A stretch of 32,000 bases of DNA from Candidatus Altimarinota bacterium (GTDB lineage: Bacteria > Patescibacteriota > Gracilibacteria > UBA1369), in contig JBAZYK010000005.1 of the NCBI GenBank assembly GCA_041659405.1, forward strand, positions 1,796 through 33,795, given 5' to 3'. Positions 1 through 9,000 of this stretch are shown here, piece by piece. The position numbers and the translations under genes are program-made. The first letter of the stretch is position 1. Each line of letters opens with the position of its first letter. The notes under the pieces were generated by a model. The model saw only the letters and a program-made list of their open reading frames with translations. It made no database searches and was not told the origin of the DNA.

Positions 1-127
1 GTGAATCCCCAACATGGTTTAACCTATTATTTTCTTAAATTCATTACCATTCTTGAGTGATTTTAGATATTTTTCTCTTTTCATTGCCTCTGCTCTCGTT
101 TTAAATAATTCTTTATATATAAGCATG
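1..127. repeat. Direct repeat copy A; identical to 163-289 (offset 162 bp) and carries a duplicated 3' end of the GIY-YIG gene
   Basis: By-eye alignment: gtgaatccccaacatggtttaacc...ctttatatataagcatg occurs at 1-127 and 163-289 with no differences seen. Confidence 0.95.
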
Positions 128-172
128 GAATGCCCCGCCATGGCGGGGTGCCTTACCACTTGGTGAATCCCC
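128..172. repeat. Palindrome-bearing unit, copy 1 (gaatgCCCCGCCATGGCGGGGtgccttaccacttggtgaatcccca)
   Basis: Contains perfect 16-bp palindrome ccccgccatggcgggg (133-148); unit recurs at 446-491 with a 1-nt indel and a t/c change. Confidence 0.85.
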
Positions 173-289
173 AACATGGTTTAACCTATTATTTTCTTAA
201 ATTCATTACCATTCTTGAGTGATTTTAGATATTTTTCTCTTTTCATTGCCTCTGCTCTCGTTTTAAATAATTCTTTATATATAAGCATG
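163..289. repeat. Direct repeat copy B; its 181-289 part is the 3' end of the intact GIY-YIG gene
   Basis: Same 127-bp sequence as 1-127. Confidence 0.95.
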
Positions 290-420
290 AATGGAAGTCG
301 CTTTCTTGTTGATTTTACTCTTCCTTTATTGTGATAACTCAATCTTTGTTCTAAATCACTACTTTGTCCTATGTAACATTTCCCATCTTTCTTGCTCCTC
401 AACACATATACATAGTACAT
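181..420 (-). CDS. Small GIY-YIG endonuclease domain protein (UPF0213/YhbQ-like)
   Basis: MYYVYVLRSKKDGKCYIGQSSDLEQRLSYHNKGRVKSTRKRLPFMLIYKE...; YVYVL..YIG motif, 79 aa. Confidence 0.9.
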   Translation of the reverse strand: MYYVYVLRSKKDGKCYIGQSSDLEQRLSYHNKGRVKSTRKRLPFMLIYKELFKTRAEAMKREKYLKSLKNGNEFKKIIG

Positions 421-445
421 ACTTCAGAATAATATTCGACCCCCC

Positions 446-491
446 GAATGCCCCGCCATGGCGGGGTGGCCTTACCACTTGGCGAATCCCC
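446..491. repeat. Palindrome-bearing unit, copy 2, upstream of the GIY-YIG gene
   Basis: gaatgccccgccatggcggggtggccttaccacttggcgaatcccca; palindrome at 451-466. Confidence 0.85.
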
Positions 492-579
492 AGTGTTTGA
501 ACGCACAATCTTGCAACGCTGTATGGCAAAATGTGCCCATTAAATTTAACAAAAAATGGCTGAAAGTCAACGTCATCAC

Positions 580-609
580 AAAAAGAGCCCTGATAGCAGA
601 GCTCTTTTT
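580..609 (-). terminator. Rho-independent-type hairpin downstream of the 637-3495 gene
   Basis: aaaaagagc-N12-gctcttttt, perfect 9-bp stem with T-rich ends. Confidence 0.75.
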
Positions 610-636
610 AATTTGAATGTTTAATTATGATAACTT

Positions 637-3495
637 TTACGCTTTTCCTGTTTTTCCGGCTTTGCGTCTTAAGAAAAATGCAATTGGCAGTGTTAACAAC
701 AAATAATAACTTTCCGGGCCGGTTTGGGTAATTTCCAGTGGCAATGGCTCAGAAGAAGCCGCACCATGCAAAACGGTTGTAGTTGTTTTTGTTGTGCCGG
801 TTGCAGTTGCCGGCGTGGTTATGTTTACAGATACTGTTTCTGAAATTGCTTGATTAATAACTCCCGCAGCTGCTGGCGTTGTTGTGTTTGTGGAAACCGT
901 TTCTGAAATTGCCTGATTGATAAATCCTGTGGAAACCGGCGCAGAAGCGCTTGAAGAAAATCCTGTTTCAGCTGCAATTGATCCACTTTGCTCTGGGGCA
1001 ACCGGAGGTGTTGGGGCCGATGGGGCCTCTGTGTTGTCTACAACCGGTGCAGAAATTGAATCCGAACCTGACCCTAGGCCGCCATCTGATAATGGATCTG
1101 TCGGTGGATTTTTGGGCAAACTTGCTGAACCACTATATGGAACATAATCTGTTGGAGTAGTTGTTTTGGTGGCTGTTGGTTGGTTTTGAGCAATAGGCTC
1201 AACAATTGGCGTACCAGTTGTGGTTGGCTGGGTGTCTGGTGGTGCATCTGTCTTCTTTGGCTCATCTGTGGCGGCAGGGGCAACCGTTTTTTCAGCTGCC
1301 ACTGGCGACGAACAGATCGCAAATCCTCCCATTAACTGGCCATCGCTAACAGTTGTTAAATCAATGTTTGGAAGACTACCGGTGGTTGTTCCAGTGCTTG
1401 TCCCGCTGCCGGAACTTGTTGTTACTTGATCCGGATTTCCAAGAACCGTTTCAAGCGAAGTTGTAATTGGCTGTGGATTGCGCTGAGAATCTGTACAGGC
1501 TGTGCTTGAAGTTGGCGGAATAATGTTTCCATCGCGGACCAAAGTATTTCTTAAATCGGCAATTTCACGACTTAAAGTAGGTCTTAAAGAAGTCGTTTTT
1601 TGATCTGTGCTTAAAATTAAATCAACCAGTAACTGTTGTTTCAATCGATCACTACCGCTTGCAATTCTGCAGCTTTGATCGGCAATTTTATTTGATATAT
1701 TATCGTAAACGGCTTGCCATTGTTGATTTCTGTAGGCATCCTGAATGTCTTTATCCTGCTGCTGACAACTATTGAGAGTTGCAGGAGTTGTGGTCAAACC
1801 CGTGCCCCCGGTTGTAGTTGTTGTTGAGCCTGTTGTGGTCGTGGTCGTTCTTGTGTTTGAAGTCGATGTTGAAACCGCCCCTCCGGTTGTTAGTGTTGAT
1901 CCTCCTGTTGCTGTAGTTGATCCTCCTGTTGTTGTCGTTGGTGGAGTTACGCCCACTGTTGTCGATGTTGTTCCTCCTCCTGTTGTTAAATTTGTATTGG
2001 GAGTTGTTGAACTTGTGGTTGTGGTCGTAGAGCTTGTTGTGGTTGTTCCTCCTGTTGTAGGAGTTGTGGTTGGTGTTGTTGAGCTTGTGCTTGCCGTACA
2101 AGCATCATTCCAAGTTTTAAGATGAGAAATTGTTGAAGAGCTCAAAATATATTTATCCTGATTTGTGTAAAGTTCGCTTATTAAGAAGCAGTCATTTGGA
2201 TTGATTCGACTACAAACCGGAGCGCTTGGCGTGGATGAGGTTGATGATCCGCCCGTTGTTGGATTTGGCGTGGTTGAGCTGGAAGTTGGTCCTCCTACTG
2301 TTAAATTCGGAGATCCGGCCACTGCGGATGATGGTGGGGTTCCTCCTACTGTTAAATTCGGAGATCTTACTGCTGCAGATGTTGATGGTGTTCCTCCTAC
2401 TGTCATTGCCGGAGAACCTACTATTGTTGCCGACGGTGATCCTCCTACTGCGTTATTACCAACGGGTGCCGCATTATTCAATACTCCACTATTTGCTGCC
2501 GGAGCTTCCCTTAAATCTGGGATTTGGTTGCTGACTGCAGCCGCGGGCGTGTTACTAATACTTGGGGCTACTGCATTTGAAACCTGATTAGCTGCAGGAT
2601 TATTTGCAATGACTTGAGCGTTATTAGCAACCGCTGCCGCGCCTTGATTAGAAATAGGGGCCGGAGATGGATAATAAACATTGGTGTAATCTGGCTGAGA
2701 TAGCCCCGGTGAAACTTGGTTTATCAAGTTACTAACGTTAGGGGCTGCTGCAGGTGAACGTAAGGCGGAAAGATCAGCGCCAAAATTATTTCCGGAAGTT
2801 GTGGTACTTGTACTTGCTTTTGGAGCATATGTATCGATAGCGCAAGTTTGAGGTACCGCTGTGATATCACCCTTTAAGTTACTGCTTGATCTAAAATAAA
2901 TTGCTGCAGCCACTCCACCTAAAACCAGCAAAACTCCACCAACAATCAAAGCGATTTTCAGATGAGACATTGGTTGGTTTTCCGGTGGCGATGTGAGTTC
3001 GGTTAAACTTAAATCGGTCGCATAAAAGTCTGATGACAATTGCGCGGGATTTTTAACCGGCACTTCTGCCTGTGGCTGACCTGTACCTTTTTGAAGATTG
3101 GTAAAAGAAGTCGCTTCGACTGCCGGTTTTGGAGCTGTGGCTGTTTCCGGTACAGCTTCTTTTTTGACTGGAGCGGTGGCTGGTTCCGGTTCCACCACGG
3201 TTTCTTTTTCAGCAGTTTCAGTCGCAGCCGGAGTTTCCGGTGCAGCCGGAGTTATAGACTCAAGCGAGATTGGTTTCGGCTTTACTTCTTCAGGTGCTTT
3301 TTCCGGCAAAGCTTGAACAACCGGCATAGAAGTTTCCGCTTTTCCATCAACATTAAAAAAAGTCGAAGTATCATTTGCTACGCTGCTTTTAGGTTCGGCG
3401 CTTGGCACGGAAGCAAGACCCGCATCGCCCGTATTTGGGCTTGTGCCGCCCGTGCCCATGCCGTTTCCGGCATTTAAGTTTGTGTCTGGTTCCAT
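637..3495 (-). CDS. Large Thr/Ser/Pro-rich anchored envelope protein with an internal TM and a C-terminal QTGPE-TM-basic tail
   Basis: 952-aa ORF; TM LKIALIVGGVLLVLGGVAAAIYF after a ~180-aa acidic/Pro-rich N-terminus; long T/S-rich region; C-term ITQTGPESYYLLLTLPIAFFLRRKAGKTGKA. Confidence 0.8.
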   Translation of the reverse strand: MEPDTNLNAGNGMGTGGTSPNTGDAGLASVPSAEPKSSVANDTSTFFNVDGKAETSMPVVQALPEKAPEEVKPKPISLESITPAAPETPAATETAEKETVVEPEPATAPVKKEAVPETATAPKPAVEATSFTNLQKGTGQPQAEVPVKNPAQLSSDFYATDLSLTELTSPPENQPMSHLKIALIVGGVLLVLGGVAAAIYFRSSSNLKGDITAVPQTCAIDTYAPKASTSTTTSGNNFGADLSALRSPAAAPNVSNLINQVSPGLSQPDYTNVYYPSPAPISNQGAAAVANNAQVIANNPAANQVSNAVAPSISNTPAAAVSNQIPDLREAPAANSGVLNNAAPVGNNAVGGSPSATIVGSPAMTVGGTPSTSAAVRSPNLTVGGTPPSSAVAGSPNLTVGGPTSSSTTPNPTTGGSSTSSTPSAPVCSRINPNDCFLISELYTNQDKYILSSSTISHLKTWNDACTASTSSTTPTTTPTTGGTTTTSSTTTTTSSTTPNTNLTTGGGTTSTTVGVTPPTTTTGGSTTATGGSTLTTGGAVSTSTSNTRTTTTTTGSTTTTTGGTGLTTTPATLNSCQQQDKDIQDAYRNQQWQAVYDNISNKIADQSCRIASGSDRLKQQLLVDLILSTDQKTTSLRPTLSREIADLRNTLVRDGNIIPPTSSTACTDSQRNPQPITTSLETVLGNPDQVTTSSGSGTSTGTTTGSLPNIDLTTVSDGQLMGGFAICSSPVAAEKTVAPAATDEPKKTDAPPDTQPTTTGTPIVEPIAQNQPTATKTTTPTDYVPYSGSASLPKNPPTDPLSDGGLGSGSDSISAPVVDNTEAPSAPTPPVAPEQSGSIAAETGFSSSASAPVSTGFINQAISETVSTNTTTPAAAGVINQAISETVSVNITTPATATGTTKTTTTVLHGAASSEPLPLEITQTGPESYYLLLTLPIAFFLRRKAGKTGKA
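2291..2450. repeat. In-frame tandem repeats inside the 637-3495 CDS (starts at 2291, 2342, 2393, 2441; period ~51/51/48 bp)
   Basis: cctcctactg(ttaaattcggagat) repeats; protein repeat SPNLTVGGTPxSSA. Confidence 0.85.
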
Positions 3496-3608
3496 ATTGT
3501 TTTTGTGTTAATTTTTATTTTTATTTATCTGATTATTTTAGCACTTTTTGGCTTTTTTTTGCAATTGCTGAAATCCGGCATTTTACCTTATTCCAGAGCT
3601 TTTTCCGT

Positions 3609-3719
3609 TTAGTTTATCGCGCCAAAAAATGGGAGAATCATGCCCAAAACCAGGGTTACTACCATAATAATTCCAACTACCTGCATAATTTTTCTTTGAG
3701 TTTTGTTCATGTTGTTCAT
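3609..3719 (-). CDS. Small single-pass membrane protein, 36 aa (not in supplied ORF track)
   Basis: Manual translation: MNNMNKTQRKIMQVVGIIMVVTLVLGMILPFFGAIN*; hydrophobic helix, located in the gap between two co-directional genes. Confidence 0.55.
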   Translation of the reverse strand: MNNMNKTQRKIMQVVGIIMVVTLVLGMILPFFGAIN

Positions 3720-3729
3720 AATAAATAAA

Positions 3730-6033
3730 TTATTGGATCTGACCTATCACTAGAATATTCATAGTGAAAGTATCAATAACATTTTGGCTGTCGGAAACTT
3801 CCAACTTAACCGGATAACTTCCCGGAGTTGCAAAAGTATGAGTTGGTTTTCTGGTCTTTGAACTTTGACCATCTCCAAAATCCCAGCTGTATTTGGCGAT
3901 AGTTCCGGTGGAACAACGTGGATCCAATTCAATTGTTAATGGAGCCGGGCCGGCACTTGCAGTTGGCTCAAAGCAGGCCTTTAATGGCACAGGTCTGACG
4001 TTAATAGGAGTCGTAACGATTGATTTGGAATTATCGGATGCAATAGCTGTAACTTTGACGTTAAAAGTTCCAATTTGGGTGTATTTGTAAGTCACCTTGG
4101 AAACATCAATGCGTTTTGGGCTGCCATCGCCGAAGTCCCATTCATAACTGACGATTTGACCACTTGGATAGCTTGATCCGGAAGCGTCAAAAGTTATGGT
4201 CAATGGCACAACGCCTTCAACCACATCTGCAGTCACGCGGGCCTGTAATCCTTGTGGCAAAACTTTTACCACTAAAAGTGTACTGGCTGTTTTATTTTGA
4301 GAATCAACCACCATAAGAGTGGCGTTAAAAGTTCCTGCATCTTTATAAACGTAAGTAGACTGCTGGCCTGCCGCGTCATTAACACCATCACCGTTAAAAT
4401 CCCATTTATAATCTACGATGCTGCCATTGGCTTCTTTGCTTCCTGAGCCATCAAACTGGACCTGAAACGGTACAGTCCCGGTAATATAGCCGTCGGTTGG
4501 TTTAGCTTGAGCCGGAATAGTTGTAAATGAAGCAAGTGCCGCGCCGACAGGTGTTTCTAAAGTTATTTTTTGGCCGGCAGTTCCGGTTGTGCCTTTGTCA
4601 TCCGTAGCTGTTAAGTTTACTTCATAAGTTCCCGCAGTTTTGTAAGTATGAGTTGCTGTTCTGGTACTTGCTTTTGGAGTCTGATCGCCAAAATCCCATT
4701 CATATTTAACAATTTTCCGAGTCGGACTGGTTGAGTTTTCGCCCAAAAAAGTATATTGAGTTCCGGTGTAATAGTGACCATCTGTTGTTGGAATACTGAT
4801 CACCGCCGTTGGAACATTGGCCCCGGCAACTGTAATATCTTTAGAAACAACAGTTGATTGAAGCGTGTTATCTGTAATGCGTAAATTAACCGTGTAAGTT
4901 CCGGCCTGATCAAAAGTGTGTTCAATTTTTGCACCTTTGCCGTCATTGAAAACGTTTTTATTGTTAAAATCCCATTCATAGGACTGGATCTCCCCTGCCG
5001 GAGCGGAAGATGCCGAAGCATCAAATTTAACCACCAATGGCGCGGGGCCGCTATCCGGAGTCGCCGTAAAATCGGCATTCAATTTAATATTGGAAATCGT
5101 AACTATGTCCGTAAAACTTTGTGATGTTTCTTCACCGGTTGTTTTATCCTTTAGATTAACCGTTAAATTTACATCAAAGCGGCCGTTGTTTCTGCCTTTA
5201 TCTTTATAAGTATGAGATGGAGATTGAACCGTAGAATTTTCACCATCGCCAAAATCCCACAAGAAAGATAAAATTTCATATTTCTGAGTATTGATCGGTA
5301 ATTTTGTACCATCAAATTTAATTAAAATTGGAGCGGTTAAACCAAGCGGAGTCGCAGGATCTGTAACAATTGAACTGGTTGTTGCTTTTGGAACAGCAAC
5401 TTTTTTGGAACTTAAGAAAAGATAAGTTCCAACCCAAACGGAAACCAAAAAGATCAGTAAAAATCCGGAAACGGCGGCCTGTTTGAAACCTTTGTTTTTT
5501 GATTCTTTATCGTCTTTTCTGGCCATGGCCGTACGGAACAGACCAATGATTGCAACAATGAAAAGCGCAATCGAGAAAAACCCAAAAACCACACTCACCA
5601 AACTGATTAAAGTGTTGATGAAAGTTGCTGTATCCAACCCTAAAGCCTTCGCCATTGGGTTATCGCCATTTGTTCCTGTTTGAGCCACGAAAATGAGTAC
5701 CAACAAAATTAAAAGTGCAATTGAACATCCAAAAAAGCCTAAAACGCCATAAATAACTTTTCGTGTATTTGGAGGACGTCTAACCGGAGCAGCTGTGCCA
5801 GGGGTAACCGGACGTGGCTGTTGGTTGAGCGGCTGATTAATTGGTGGCTTTGAAGCCGGTTGCGCGCTTGCCTGCAGTGGAGCCTGAGTTTGTGGCTGGG
5901 CAGGAGCCGGCATTGCGCCTTGCGCCTGTGCGGGAGCCATAGGCTGAACCGAAATTGGCGTAGGTTGCACCGGTGGCGTAGCGGCCGGTTGTCCCTGATT
6001 TTGTGGATTTTGGTTTGAGTTTGGTGTATCCAT
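3730..6033 (-). CDS. PKD-domain membrane protein: Pro/Gln-rich N-terminus, three TM segments, six PKD-like domains
   Basis: Six W-D-F motifs (WDFGDG, WDFNNK, WDFGDQ, WDFNGD, WDFGDG, WDFGDG), each followed by an [H/Y]xYxxxGxFxVxLxV-type strand; TMs VIYGVLGFFGCSIALLILLVLIFV, TLISLVSVVFGFFSIALFIVAIIGLF, AAVSGFLLIFLVSVWVGTYLF. Confidence 0.9.
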   Translation of the reverse strand: MDTPNSNQNPQNQGQPAATPPVQPTPISVQPMAPAQAQGAMPAPAQPQTQAPLQASAQPASKPPINQPLNQQPRPVTPGTAAPVRRPPNTRKVIYGVLGFFGCSIALLILLVLIFVAQTGTNGDNPMAKALGLDTATFINTLISLVSVVFGFFSIALFIVAIIGLFRTAMARKDDKESKNKGFKQAAVSGFLLIFLVSVWVGTYLFLSSKKVAVPKATTSSIVTDPATPLGLTAPILIKFDGTKLPINTQKYEILSFLWDFGDGENSTVQSPSHTYKDKGRNNGRFDVNLTVNLKDKTTGEETSQSFTDIVTISNIKLNADFTATPDSGPAPLVVKFDASASSAPAGEIQSYEWDFNNKNVFNDGKGAKIEHTFDQAGTYTVNLRITDNTLQSTVVSKDITVAGANVPTAVISIPTTDGHYYTGTQYTFLGENSTSPTRKIVKYEWDFGDQTPKASTRTATHTYKTAGTYEVNLTATDDKGTTGTAGQKITLETPVGAALASFTTIPAQAKPTDGYITGTVPFQVQFDGSGSKEANGSIVDYKWDFNGDGVNDAAGQQSTYVYKDAGTFNATLMVVDSQNKTASTLLVVKVLPQGLQARVTADVVEGVVPLTITFDASGSSYPSGQIVSYEWDFGDGSPKRIDVSKVTYKYTQIGTFNVKVTAIASDNSKSIVTTPINVRPVPLKACFEPTASAGPAPLTIELDPRCSTGTIAKYSWDFGDGQSSKTRKPTHTFATPGSYPVKLEVSDSQNVIDTFTMNILVIGQIQ

Positions 6034-6060
6034 TTTTTTATTTTTAAAATATTGAAAAAT

Positions 6061-9000
6061 TTATTTTTGCTTCTTTGATTTAAGCACTCTCATGCTAACA
6101 AAGAGTATACCAAATCCGGCTATAGTTACAAGCACGCCCGGAATTTCATTGGAATTGGTTCCGGCAAAAATATCTACTCCAAGTTGACTCTTGATTGGAG
6201 CGTTCGGTACATCAAAAACAATGTCTTTAATAACGGAACTTTTAGTTCCCTTATCATCAACAACCGTAAGTTTTACGCTGTCCTGGCCGTAGCTTTTGAA
6301 AAATTGAGTTGTCCATGTTCCGGGAGCTGTTGTTTTGTAATCTTCATCATCATCTTTAATGCCATTTCCATTGGAATCGTAATAAATATTTTTATCAATA
6401 ATGTAAGATTTGATCGGCCCGCGGGAATCGCTAAAATTAAAAATTACCGTTCCACTATCCCCTTGCAGATGGATTCTGTTATCGGTAACACTTGGCGCTG
6501 GAGCACTGGTTAAACGCGCCTCAAGTTTTTGCAAAGTTTGTGTTGGCTGTGTTGGTTGCTGGATTGGAGTAACCACAGGCACAGGCTTAACTATCTGCTG
6601 AGTTACTTGTTGGGTTTTTGTAACTACAAGCACAGGAGCTTTTATATTCACAAAATTTATAACGCTTGCCTGATTTCCCTGGTCGTCCGCAACAACTAAT
6701 TTAGCCCTGAAAACTCCGTAATCCGGATATTCATAAGTTGGAGCCTGCTCGGTAGAATCAAGATCATTGTCTTTAATACCGTCGCCGTTAGCATCGACAG
6801 CAAGATTAAAATCCCAGCTGTATTTTGCAAGGTTTGCACCATTTACCGCATCGGCAGTGGAATTATTGGTAAATTGGATTTTTTTGCCATCCAGCTGCTG
6901 TGAGGTGAAAGCGGCAACCGGTGGCGCAGTCTTGGCATCAACATACATCATAACCGGATCGGAAATTGATTCCGCACCATTGTTGTCGATTACCTTTAAT
7001 TTAACTTTGACGCCATCTTTATATGGCTTGGTGTAAACATAACTGACGTTTGGTTTGTTGTAATCATTAGTCAAAACATTGTCGGCAAAACCGTTGCCTT
7101 CAAAATCCCAAATGTAGGTAGCAATACTGCCGTTGGCATCCGGATCGGTTGAACTGGATGAAAAACTGACGGTATCACCGACCATAACATTGGTACGATC
7201 AACGTTTAATTTGGCAACCGGAGACTTATTAGGCCCGTTTGTTACTGCCAGTTTTGGAATCATGCTGTCATCAAGACCATCCTGAGTATTAAAAGTTTGA
7301 TTATCGTTATCGGTCGCCATTACGGCAAACCCATAAGTCTTTTTTTGGCCTTCTACTCCATTTGTACCAATTACGATAGTAGTATTTGGAGATTCGCTAA
7401 GCTGCAATCCTTTTTGATCTTCCGGATTATCAATATCGTAATACCACCAGCGATAGCTAACGATTTTGCCATCCGGATCATTTGCGCCGTTGGCGGTTAC
7501 GTTAACATTAACCGGAGTTGTAGTTGAAGTTCCTGCTGGAATTGCCGTTAAGCCCTGAACAACCGGTGGCTGTGTCGCTACATTAATATGGATTTCATCA
7601 ATAGGACTAACCTGTGTAGCGTCATCCTGATTGGTTACTTTTAGAGTTATTTTATAGTAAGGTTTATCCTTTGGTGTTAATTCGGTAAAGGTATGAGTAA
7701 CCTGTTTTTTGGTACTTAAAGTGCCATCACCAAGATCCCAACTGTAATTCAGTTTCTTGCCTGTGCCATCAATATTGATTGATTTGCCGGCATCGAAAAC
7801 GAATTGAGTTTTTCGATTTGCGGTAATTGTTGAGCTTGTATCACTTAGATCGTTACCATCCTGAGTTAACGAAATGGCCGCCACAGGTATATTATCGGAA
7901 GCGATAAATACTTTTCTAATAGTATTGTTTTGATTGTTGTTATTATCAAAAACCATTAATTTTGCGATAAAACTTCCGGATTTATTATAAGTATGTTTAA
8001 CAGTGAAAGGACTTGCGGTAATGGATCCATTTTCTTTTGCTCCATCACCGGTATCCAATTCATAAGAAACACCATTAAGACTGCTCATGACAAAATTTAC
8101 ATCAACGCTGCCGGCATTTAACTTGGCAGTAATTGGTTTTCCATCATCTCCCCAACCTACATCAAGATCATTATCAACGGTGATTCTTTGTTCCTGAGTT
8201 GTGACCTTTGCAATTTCCGCCGGATCACGAACACTTAAAGTGATGGTGTACTTACCTTTATTAAGTCTTACTTTTATTTTGGAAAGATTTTTGTCGGTAC
8301 TATAATCTTTAAAGAAGAGTACGCAGTCGTTTTCGGTTTTGCCATTTATATAAGTACAATTTCCCGGAGCGGTGCTGAATTCCCATCTATAGGCAATGTC
8401 TTCGCTGCTATCCGGATCATAACTTTTGGCACCATCCAAAATGTAAGTATTTGGTTGTGATTTGTCCGAATTATCGAAACTGAACTGGGCGACCGGTGGC
8501 TTTGAAACCACATGGATACGTACAACTGTCGAAGCATCATTTGAACCGTCACTAACACTTAGTGAAACATCATAATTGCCGGGCTCTTTAAAAGTATATT
8601 TAAGGGTATCAACATTTTTGGCCTCCGGAGGAGTTAGATCAATGCTGTTACCGCCCTTTGTGGCCAATTGCATAATTTTCCAGTCATAGGTTTTAACTTG
8701 ACTGTTTGCGCTGGCGGAAGCTGATCCATCGAATGTGGCCTGATCATTTAATTTTAATTCATTACCGTGAGTAACATTAATGCGGGCTGCAATCGAAGAA
8801 ACAACAATGTTGAAAATCTTGCGATCTGTAATGCCACGATCATCCGTTACTTCCAAAGTAACACGATAAGAACCTTCTTTTATGTATTTAACTGTCTGTA
8901 CCTGAGAAATAGTATCCGGCGGTCCTTCCACGGTATTCTTAGTATTGGATTTGTCACCAAAATCCCATTTTACTTTGGCAACCGGACTATTCTTAATGGT

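Noticed and set aside
1-491. CRISPR array hypothesis for the repeats at the left edge
   Set aside because: Only two to three long identical units containing coding sequence; no short regular repeat/spacer pattern and no cas genes.
1769-2125. Long opposite-strand/frame ORFs (110 aa, 117 aa) rich in Asn/Arg or Val
   Set aside because: Shadow ORFs of the Thr-rich low-complexity part of the 637-3495 CDS.
3040-3728. Plus-strand ORFs of 145 and 108 aa
   Set aside because: Antisense to the N-terminal low-complexity region of the 637-3495 CDS; Phe/Arg/Ser-rich compositional artefacts.
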